DNA from: Oscillospiraceae bacterium
GTDB taxonomy: Bacteria > Bacillota > Clostridia > Oscillospirales > QAMX01
DNA: 64,000 nt
Assembly (NCBI GenBank): GCA_015068345.1
Contig: SVKS01000001.1
Coordinates: 3,712-67,711, forward strand
Reading direction: 5' to 3'
Shown: positions 43,689 to 51,099 of the stretch, piece by piece
Layout of the letters: the number at the start of each line of letters is the position of its first letter
Position numbering within the stretch: the stretch's first letter is position 1
Position numbers and translations under genes: made by a program
Notes under the pieces: model-generated
What the model saw: the letters and a program-made list of their open reading frames with translations, nothing else
Databases searched by the model: none
Told to the model about the DNA's origin: nothing

Positions 43689-44942
43689 TCATTCCTCCTC
43701 CATCAGGATCTTACGGATCATATCCAGGGCACTGCCTGCCGCATCGTTACGGATACGCTCCCGACTGCGGCGCAGATTACCGAATTCAAACTTTTTGGTA
43801 ACGGTATGGGTCTCGTCGGCTACGGCGATGTATACCAGACCCACCGGCTTTTCTTCACTGCCGCCGCCGGGGCCGGCAATGCCGGTGATACCCAGGCCAA
43901 TATGGGTGCCCATTAAACGGCGGACACTTTCGGCCATTTGCGTGGCGACTTCATGGCTGACGGCACCCTTTTCCTCGATCAGGGCGGGGTCAATACCCAA
44001 AACGCCGCTTTTGACCGAGTTGGCGTAGCTGCAAACGCCCCCCAGATATACGTCGGAGGAGCCGGGCAGGTCGGTGATCAGCTTGGAAACCAGTCCGCCG
44101 GTACAGCTTTCGGCAAAGGCCATGGTTTTGCCTTTTTTACGGCACAGGTTGGAAACGAATTCCGCAATCCCTCCGGCAGATTCCTCGTAGGCGTTGTCCC
44201 CCAGAATTTCCAAAACCTCCTGTACCATAGGTTCACAAAGGGCCATGCCGCTTTCGCGGTCGGGGGTTTTGGCGGTTACCCGCAGGAGAACGCTACCGCT
44301 TTTTGCATAGGGGGCGAGGGTGGGGTTTTCGGCATGGATCATCTTGTCCCGCAGGATATCCTCCACGGCGCTTTCCCCAAGTCCGTAGACCCGGATGTAA
44401 CGGGAGGTCAGGACTCCGTCGGAATAGCGCATCAGATAGGGAACCACGTAGGTGTCGGTCATGGGATAACACTCATCCGGGGGACCGGGGAGCATGACAA
44501 CGGTATTTTTGCCACTTTCGAAGGCACAGGCAGGGGCAGTTCCCCATAAGTTACGGAAAATGGTGGCACCCTCCGGCAGATCGGCCTGTTTTTCGTTGTT
44601 GGGGGTCATCACCCGGTGTCGTTTTTCAAAGAAGACCCGGATGTGTTCCAGACTTTCCTCGTCCCGTACCAGCTTTTTGCCAAATACCTTGGCAATGGTT
44701 TCTTTCGTCAGGTCGTCGTAGGTGGGACCCAGGCCGCCGGTGGTGATGATGATGTCGGCCCGGGATGCGGCCCGTTCCAGCACTTCGGTAAGGCGAGCGG
44801 GATTGTCGCCCACGGTGGTTTGGTAAAAGGCATGAATGCCGATCTTTGCCAGGGCTCGGGCGATATAAGCTCCGTCGGTGTTGGTGATTTCCCCGAGCAA
44901 AAGCTCGGTACCGACGGCGATAATTTCACAGGATTTGGCCAT
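43689..44942 (-). CDS. cinA: competence/damage-inducible protein CinA (MoCF-binding domain + NMN deamidase PncC domain)
   Basis: EIIAVGTELLLGEITNTD...ITTGGLGPTYDDLT. The C-terminal domain has AESCTGG. Start at ATG 44942 (GGAGGG RBS). Confidence 0.88.
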   Translation of the reverse strand: MAKSCEIIAVGTELLLGEITNTDGAYIARALAKIGIHAFYQTTVGDNPARLTEVLERAASRADIIITTGGLGPTYDDLTKETIAKVFGKKLVRDEESLEHIRVFFEKRHRVMTPNNEKQADLPEGATIFRNLWGTAPACAFESGKNTVVMLPGPPDECYPMTDTYVVPYLMRYSDGVLTSRYIRVYGLGESAVEDILRDKMIHAENPTLAPYAKSGSVLLRVTAKTPDRESGMALCEPMVQEVLEILGDNAYEESAGGIAEFVSNLCRKKGKTMAFAESCTGGLVSKLITDLPGSSDVYLGGVCSYANSVKSGVLGIDPALIEEKGAVSHEVATQMAESVRRLMGTHIGLGITGIAGPGGGSEEKPVGLVYIAVADETHTVTKKFEFGNLRRSRERIRNDAAGSALDMIRKILMEEE

Positions 44943-44956
44943 GATAGCCCTCCTTT

Positions 44957-46135
44957 TTAGTCGTATAAGGGTTCGTATTCGGTAGCTCCCGCAAGGCAAG
45001 CCTCAATCAGGGCATCCTTGTTCAGATGGGCTTCGGCTTCCTCCAGATCCGCCATGCGGGGACGGAGCCGGGGATGCTTGGGTGTGAATACGGTACAACA
45101 ATCCTCGTAAGGGAGAATGGAGGTTTCATAGGTGTCGATTTTACGGGAAATCTGCACGATTTCTTCCTTATCCATGCCGATCAGGGGACGGAGCACCGGC
45201 AGGGTAGCCAGGGCTTCGGTGACACCGAGGGCACCCAGGGTCTGGCTTGCTACCTGGCCCAGGCTTTCACCGGTGATGATGGCGTGGGAATCGTACTTTT
45301 CCGAAAGGCGGCAGGCGCATTCCATCATCATGCGCCGCATAATCAGGGTGAAAAGGTCTTCGGGACAGTTGTCACGAATGGCCAGCTGGGCTTCGGTGAA
45401 AGGAACCACAAAGACACGCATCCGACCGGTGTAGCGGGTCAACTTGCCTGCCAGGGTCAGAACCTTTTCCCGGGCCCGCTGGGAGGTATAGGGAGGGCTT
45501 TCAAAGTGGACGGCGATCATTTCAAGACCCCGCTTGCCCATCATCCAGGCAGCCACAGGACTGTCGATACCCCCCGAAAGGAGCAGGGTACCCCGTCCGG
45601 CAGAACCCACCGGCATACCGCCGGCACCGGGAACCTTTTCTCCGTGAACGTAGGCGGCAAAGTCCCTCACCTCCACAGTGACGGTCATTTCGGGGTTGTG
45701 TACGTCCACCTCCAGGTGGGGATACTTCGAAAGAATGTCTCCTCCCAGGGTGCGCATGATTTCGGGGGAATTCATGGGGAAGCGCTTGTCGGAACGCTTG
45801 GCATCCACCTTGAAGCTCTGGGCAAAGGAGAGAGAATTCCCCAGGAAAGCCAGGGCGGTTTCCCGGATGGAAGCGTAATTCTTTTCGCATTCGGCGGCCA
45901 GGGACAGGGAAACAATGCCGAAAATATCCTTGCAGGCTTCAAATGCCCGGTCGATGGCATCCTCTTCCCCGGCGGTACATCGGATGTAGATGGTGGATTG
46001 GGCACTGCGCAGGTTGAAATTGCCAAAGGCGGAGATACGGCGGCGAATGTTGGACATAAGCTTTTCTTCAAAGCTGCGGCGGTTGAGTCCCTTCAGGGCG
46101 ATTTCGCCCAGTTTCAATAATATGATTCGTTCCAT
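44957..46135 (-). CDS. thiI: tRNA 4-thiouridine synthase ThiI
   Basis: N-terminal ferredoxin-like/THUMP region (LKLGEIALKG) and PP-loop SGGIDSPVA. Confidence 0.9.
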   Translation of the reverse strand: MERIILLKLGEIALKGLNRRSFEEKLMSNIRRRISAFGNFNLRSAQSTIYIRCTAGEEDAIDRAFEACKDIFGIVSLSLAAECEKNYASIRETALAFLGNSLSFAQSFKVDAKRSDKRFPMNSPEIMRTLGGDILSKYPHLEVDVHNPEMTVTVEVRDFAAYVHGEKVPGAGGMPVGSAGRGTLLLSGGIDSPVAAWMMGKRGLEMIAVHFESPPYTSQRAREKVLTLAGKLTRYTGRMRVFVVPFTEAQLAIRDNCPEDLFTLIMRRMMMECACRLSEKYDSHAIITGESLGQVASQTLGALGVTEALATLPVLRPLIGMDKEEIVQISRKIDTYETSILPYEDCCTVFTPKHPRLRPRMADLEEAEAHLNKDALIEACLAGATEYEPLYD

Positions 46136-47259
46136 TATTCAATCCTCAAAAGCGTCGGCAAAACGGCCTTCAGAGCCTCTGCCAAGGCGCAGATTTCTTC
46201 TTTTGTGTTTTCGTGGGACAGGCTGATGCGCAGGTAGGCGTCGGCGTGACGATGATCAATTCCCACCGCCGAGAGTACGTGGCTGATTTTTCCCTTGGCG
46301 CAGGCGGCGCCGGAGGAAACGCAGATTCCGTAGGTTTCCAGGGCGTGGAGACAAACCTCGCTTTTGTATCCCGGCAGGGACAGGGCGATCAGGTAGGGGG
46401 ATTGGTTGGCAAAGGGTAGAATCTCCACCTCCGGAATGGCCGACAGAAGGTCAATGCCATATTCATGTAACTCCTGCACGTGAGCCAGCCGGGTGGTGAA
46501 TTCCCGTTTCCCTTCTTCGCAGGCGGCACCAAAAGCCGCCAGAGCGGGCATGGCTTCGGTGCCGGAACGAATCCCCTTTTCCTGGCCGCCGCCAAGGATC
46601 ATGGGACGAATCCGGACCTCCTTTTTGTGCCAAAGAGCGCCGGCTCCCTTGATGCCATGAATTTTGTGGGCGCTGACGGTGGCAAGATCTACCCCCATGC
46701 GGGCGGGGATGAATTCGGTTTTCAAAAAACCCTGTACCGCATCGGTGTGGAAAAGGACTTTGCTCTTCTTACGCTTCAGCATGGCGGCTACTTCCCGGAT
46801 AGGCTGGATGGAGCCGGTTTCGTTGTTTACCAGCATCAGGGAGACCAACCCGGTTTCAGGGCGAAGATGGGAAGCGATTTCCTCCGGAGTGACGATCCCC
46901 TGGCTGTTTGGCATGGCGTAAGAAACGGCCACTCCGGCTGCTTCCAGGGCCTTGGTGGGAGCAAGAATGGCATCATGCTCCATGGCGCTGACGATGATGT
47001 GCCGGGCCCGGGCGGCAAGGGCGGTGTGAAGCACCAGATTATCTCCTTCGGTACCACCGGAGGTGAAGAGTATTTCGTCGGAGGAAGCTCCCAGTGCATC
47101 GGCCACCTGACGGCGGGCGGTGCGCAGCAGCTTTTCGGCTTCCAACCCTCCCATATGCAGGGAGGAGGGATTATAATAAACCTGTTCCATCGCCTCGTTT
47201 GCGGCCCGGATGGCAGCGGCGGAGGGACGGGTGGTTGCGGCATTGTCCAGATAAATCAA
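46135..47259 (-). CDS. class V cysteine desulfurase (NifS/NifZ/IscS-type, ThiI partner)
   Basis: YLDNAATT, SAHKIHG (PLP Lys), active-site SSGAAC. I trimmed the start to TTG 47259 (GAGG RBS) because a good promoter lies at 47330-47358, inside the longer ORF. The start is uncertain. The stop overlaps the thiI ATG by 1 nt (TAATG). Confidence 0.85.
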   Translation of the reverse strand: MIYLDNAATTRPSAAAIRAANEAMEQVYYNPSSLHMGGLEAEKLLRTARRQVADALGASSDEILFTSGGTEGDNLVLHTALAARARHIIVSAMEHDAILAPTKALEAAGVAVSYAMPNSQGIVTPEEIASHLRPETGLVSLMLVNNETGSIQPIREVAAMLKRKKSKVLFHTDAVQGFLKTEFIPARMGVDLATVSAHKIHGIKGAGALWHKKEVRIRPMILGGGQEKGIRSGTEAMPALAAFGAACEEGKREFTTRLAHVQELHEYGIDLLSAIPEVEILPFANQSPYLIALSLPGYKSEVCLHALETYGICVSSGAACAKGKISHVLSAVGIDHRHADAYLRISLSHENTKEEICALAEALKAVLPTLLRIE

Positions 47260-47329
47260 AAATGAGACCTCACAGTCAATCAATTCGAATGGCAGGGTAT
47301 ACGAAACGCCAAAATACCATTCATAATCT

Positions 47330-47358
47330 ATTATACCATTCTGAGCCCCCTTTGTAAA
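47330..47358 (-). promoter_or_regulatory. sigma-A-type promoter heading the long minus-strand operon
   Basis: Minus strand: TTTACA (47358-53), 17 nt, TGgTATAAT (-10 at 47335-30). Confidence 0.6.
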
Positions 47359-47409
47359 GAAATTTGCACTGCAAAAAGGGGAAAAATCCCTCTTTGACCG
47401 GCCGTTTGC

Positions 47410-47438
47410 TTGACAAGTTGAACGAAGGATATTATAAT
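47410..47438 (+). promoter_or_regulatory. consensus sigma-A promoter for the M23 peptidase gene
   Basis: TTGACA (47410-15), 17 nt, TATAAT (47433-38). Confidence 0.7.
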
Positions 47439-47493
47439 AGGGTCGGTTTGCCGACATGATGAAATCATGGGGCATGGAAGGAACGCGTATTAC

Positions 47494-48924
47494 ATGAAAA
47501 GAAAACAGCTATACCACCTGGCGTGGGATGAAATAGAAGAGAACCGGGAAGCGGAACGCCAATACCAGGATAACCTGAAACGGCGGGGAAAATCCCGTCT
47601 TTGGGGAACGACCCTTCTGATGGCGGCCTCTGTTTTACTGTTTCTTGGCCTTGGTATGAAGCCGGCTGTGGCTCTCACGGTGGAGGGGGAAAGGATTGCC
47701 TGTGCAAAGGATTGGGAAAGTTATTCCTCCACCCTGGAGGAATTGAAGGTTGAAGCGGAAGAAGACCTGGATACCGAACTTTTGACCGAGGAACCCAACC
47801 TTTCGTTGGCCATCGTCCCCGATTTTGCCATTGATGATGCCGGGGAACTCCAGGACGAGATTCTGGCGTGCAGTCCGGTCACCTATGAGCGCCGCTATGC
47901 GTTTTGGCTTGGAGAAAGGCTTCTGGGAACCATTGCCCAGGATGAGGTGGAGGAAGCGCGGGCTAAGGTGGAGGAATACCGGGCTGTTGTGGCGAAGGAA
48001 TATGAATGGGCATCTGACGTGACGGTTACCGGGACTCTCCGGGAAGAACTGCGCCTTTCCACAGAGGAAGAGTTCATCACCCCGGAAGAGCTGTATACCG
48101 CCTTGAATGAGACGGATGGGGTTGCGAAGAGGTACAAGCTGAAGGTGGGGGAAGACTATCAGGACGTAATGGAGCGTTTCTCTCTGGACGAGGCAACTCT
48201 CATAAGCTACAACCCGGAAAAACCCCTTTCGGATTACAAAAGAGGAGATGAAATTGTTGTTTCTGCCCCGGATCGGGTGTTTGACGTGTCCTATTCCTTC
48301 CGGACTACCTACACCGAAACCATTCCCTTTGACATAACCTACAAAAATACCCGTACCCTCCTGGTGGGGGAAGAGGGGGTCCGGACCGAAGGGACCTCGG
48401 GGCTTTCGGAGGTGACGGCGATCATGACTGTTGAAAACGGAAAGGTAACCGAAAAAGAGGTGCTTTCCGAAACGGTTATCCGGGAACCGGTGGCGGCGGT
48501 TCATCTGAAAGGTGTCCGCAAGGATACCGGAAAGATGTTTTACCATCCGGTGGATAATGCCCGGATCTCCAGCGAGTTTGGGTACCGAACTCTGTTTGGT
48601 GGCAGGGACTACCACACCGGTGTGGATTTTGTGGTACCCGAAGGGACCTACGTCTATGCCGCCGCGGATGGCGTGGTCAAATCCTCCGGCATCATCGGCA
48701 ACGGCGCCTACGGCAGGGTGGTGGTGATTGACCATCAGAACGGATTTGTCACCTACTACGCCCACAACAGTAAGCTTCTGGTGAAGGTGGGCGATCGGGT
48801 AGTGAAGGGGGAAGCCATTGCCCTTTCGGGCAATACCGGCCGATCCACCGGTCCCCATTGCCATTTTGAGGTTCGGAAAAACGGGGTGCAGGTCAATCCC
48901 TTCCTGTATATGGCCCGTCCGTAA
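47494..48924 (+). CDS. membrane-anchored M23-family metalloendopeptidase with LysM-like and G5 domains
   Basis: C-terminal M23 motifs YHTGVDF...HNS...GNTGRSTGPHCHFEV. G5-like TETIPFDITYKNTRTLLVGEEGVRTEGTSG. N-terminal TM helix. The start is ATG 47494 or 47467. Confidence 0.85.
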   Translation: MKRKQLYHLAWDEIEENREAERQYQDNLKRRGKSRLWGTTLLMAASVLLFLGLGMKPAVALTVEGERIACAKDWESYSSTLEELKVEAEEDLDTELLTEEPNLSLAIVPDFAIDDAGELQDEILACSPVTYERRYAFWLGERLLGTIAQDEVEEARAKVEEYRAVVAKEYEWASDVTVTGTLREELRLSTEEEFITPEELYTALNETDGVAKRYKLKVGEDYQDVMERFSLDEATLISYNPEKPLSDYKRGDEIVVSAPDRVFDVSYSFRTTYTETIPFDITYKNTRTLLVGEEGVRTEGTSGLSEVTAIMTVENGKVTEKEVLSETVIREPVAAVHLKGVRKDTGKMFYHPVDNARISSEFGYRTLFGGRDYHTGVDFVVPEGTYVYAAADGVVKSSGIIGNGAYGRVVVIDHQNGFVTYYAHNSKLLVKVGDRVVKGEAIALSGNTGRSTGPHCHFEVRKNGVQVNPFLYMARP

Positions 48925-48949
48925 AGTGAAAAATATTTGTACATCCTAC

Positions 48950-48983
48950 TTGACAGGGTGAAAGCAATGTGCTATGCTATAAA
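48950..48983 (+). promoter_or_regulatory. sigma-A-type promoter of the leader/ABC exporter unit
   Basis: TTGACA (48950-55), 17 nt, TATGCT (48973-78). An overlapping extended -10 TGcTATAAA lies at 48975-83. Confidence 0.55.
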
Positions 48984-49026
48984 TCGTGGTCGAAAGGCCA
49001 ATATTCAATGAAAGGAGGCGGAGTTT

Positions 49027-49101
49027 GTGCGCAATATCGTTTTAAATGCAAGTTACAGTGGAAATAGCGGCAATCTCTGCCTTGAAAATATACTGCATTA
49101 A
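49027..49101 (+). CDS. candidate regulatory leader peptide (24 codons)
   Basis: AAAGGAGG (49011-18), 8 nt, then GTG. Encodes MRNIVLNASYSGNSGNLCLENILH and a TAA stop. It is below the ORF-track size cut-off. An alternative 19-codon ORF starts at ATG 49008 (MKGGGVCAQYRFKCKLQWK) with a weaker RBS. Confidence 0.45.
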   Translation: MRNIVLNASYSGNSGNLCLENILH

Positions 49102-49164
49102 TTGCCAGTATTGCGGGGCAGGAGGCGTAGTGCGTCTGTCCCGGAGCAGAAAATGGGTCATTTT

Positions 49165-49195
49165 CCCCCGGCAGTCGCTTGCCGGGGGTTTTTTT
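49165..49195 (+). terminator. intrinsic terminator (attenuator) inside the ABC exporter leader
   Basis: CCCCCGGCA-GTCGCT-TGCCGGGGG (9-bp perfect stem, 8 G:C pairs) followed by TTTTTTT, 68 nt upstream of the ABC start codon. Confidence 0.75.
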
Positions 49196-49263
49196 GTACC
49201 AAGTCCCTGCCCGTCTGTATTTCTCGTTTGAAAAATTTATTTCATAGAAAGGAGAGGATTCAT

Positions 49264-51099
49264 ATGAACTCCTCCAAGGGAAGCCTGCGAAGAATCTGGT
49301 TTTTCATGAAGGGAAAACGACTCCATTATGTGGGTGCCATTCTCCTGGTGATCACCAACGTGGCTCTGCAGTACGTGGGACCGCTGATCTCTTCCTGGAC
49401 CATCGACCGTATCATCACCGGGGGTGACATGGAAGTTCCCGGCATGGTGGTAAATCTGGTCAATTCCATGGGCGGCAAGGAATTTATTGCCGCAAACCTG
49501 TGGTTCTGCGCCCTGATTCTGGCGCTGATCACCGGTCTTCGGGGTGTTTGCAGCTTTTTCCAGGCCAAACTCCTGAACACCGCGTCGGAATACACCGTGC
49601 GGCGTATCAAGGACTCCCTCTATTCCCACATTCAGGACCTGCCCTTTGACTATCACGTCAAGGCCGAAACCGGCGACATGGTCCAGCGTTGCACCACCGA
49701 CGTGGAAACGGTTCGCCGCTTTATTTCGGGCCAGCTGGTGGAGCTCTGCCGGGGCATCTTTATGCTTCTAGTGGCGGTAGTGATCCTGGGTCGGGTCAGC
49801 CTGGTGCTTACCCTCCTGTCTCTGGTCCTGATGCCCTTTGCCATTTTCTTCTCCTGGGCCTTCCACAAAAATGCCGCCAAGCAGTTTAAGGTGGTGGACG
49901 AAGCCGACGGCGCCATGACCACCGTCCTGCAGGAAAACCTCACCGGTGTCCGGGTGGTGCGTGCCTTTGGCCGCCAGGAATTTGAACGGCAAAAGTTTTC
50001 CGATGCCATCGATAAACTCTTTGAAGCCTGCAAAAAGCTCAACAATATGTTTGCCTTCTTCTGGAGCTTTTCCGATTTCACCGCTGTGGCACAGCAGGCA
50101 GTTACCCTGATGGGTGCCATGTACTTCGTCATTGAAAAGGATATGTCCTACGGTAACTTCCTTCTTTTCAACTCCTACATCGGTATGCTGATCTGGCCTC
50201 TGCGTCAGCTGGGCCGCGTGCTTTCCGATGCAGCGAAAATGTCCATTGCCATGGGACGTGTGGATGAAATTCTCTTTGAAACCAGCGAATATAAGGATGA
50301 AACTCCCCAAAACACCAAAAAGCCTCCTATCCGGGCGGATATCGTGTTTGACGGAGTGTCCTTCTCCTACGATTCGCTTCCGGTACTCAAAAACGTCAGC
50401 TTCACTGCCAAAGCCGGGGAAACCGTGGCCATTCTTGGGCCTACCGGATCGGGCAAATCCACCCTGGTCCAGCTCCTCCAGCGTCTTTACGACTGCAAAG
50501 AGGGAAAAATTACCATCGGTGGTGTGGATATCAAGAATATCGACCGGCATTATCTGCGAAGCCGGGTTGGTATCGTACTTCAGGAGCCCTTCCTGTATTC
50601 CCGCAGTATCGAGGAAAACATCGGTATCACCTGCACCACTCCCGAACCGGAGCGAGTCCGGGAAATGGCGGCGGTGGCTTCGGTTCACGACGTGATCGAA
50701 AGCTTTGAAGAGGGCTATGAAACTCTGGTGGGTGAACGGGGCGTTACCCTTTCGGGCGGTCAGAAACAGCGAGTTGCCATTGCCCGTACCCTGATGAAGG
50801 ACAACGATATACTGATTTTCGACGACTCCCTTTCGGCGGTGGATACCGAAACCGACGCCAAGATCCGGGAAGAACTCAACACCCGTTGCGAAGGCATCAC
50901 CACCTTCATCATTTCCCATCGCATCAGTACTCTGTCCGGGGCTGATAAGATCATTGTTCTGGAGGATGGCAGAATTTCTGCCTGTGGTACCCACCAGGAA
51001 CTGATCGAAATCGAAGGTATGTATAAGCGCATTTACGAAATCCAAAGCATGGTGGAAACCGTGGAACGAGAGGAGGGAACACTCAATGCCCAGAATTAA
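49264..51099 (+). CDS. heterodimeric ABC exporter subunit 1 (TMD-NBD; degenerate-site NBD)
   Basis: 6-TM domain. GPTGSGKST, LSGGQKQR, and Walker B ILIFDDS (Asp in place of the catalytic Glu). Start at ATG 49264 (AAAGGAGAGG RBS). Confidence 0.88.
   Translation: MNSSKGSLRRIWFFMKGKRLHYVGAILLVITNVALQYVGPLISSWTIDRIITGGDMEVPGMVVNLVNSMGGKEFIAANLWFCALILALITGLRGVCSFFQAKLLNTASEYTVRRIKDSLYSHIQDLPFDYHVKAETGDMVQRCTTDVETVRRFISGQLVELCRGIFMLLVAVVILGRVSLVLTLLSLVLMPFAIFFSWAFHKNAAKQFKVVDEADGAMTTVLQENLTGVRVVRAFGRQEFERQKFSDAIDKLFEACKKLNNMFAFFWSFSDFTAVAQQAVTLMGAMYFVIEKDMSYGNFLLFNSYIGMLIWPLRQLGRVLSDAAKMSIAMGRVDEILFETSEYKDETPQNTKKPPIRADIVFDGVSFSYDSLPVLKNVSFTAKAGETVAILGPTGSGKSTLVQLLQRLYDCKEGKITIGGVDIKNIDRHYLRSRVGIVLQEPFLYSRSIEENIGITCTTPEPERVREMAAVASVHDVIESFEEGYETLVGERGVTLSGGQKQRVAIARTLMKDNDILIFDDSLSAVDTETDAKIREELNTRCEGITTFIISHRISTLSGADKIIVLEDGRISACGTHQELIEIEGMYKRIYEIQSMVETVEREEGTLNAQN

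Noticed and set aside
47260-47475. N-terminal 72-codon extension of the cysteine desulfurase ORF
   Set aside because: A good promoter (47358-47330) lies inside it. The conserved YLDNAATT N-terminus begins right after TTG 47259, which has a GAGG RBS. The trimmed start remains a hypothesis.
49046-49231. 61-aa ORF from the track, crossing the leader terminator
   Set aside because: It has no RBS and runs through the terminator hairpin and T-run. The RBS-preceded 24-codon GTG ORF in another frame is the better leader-peptide candidate.
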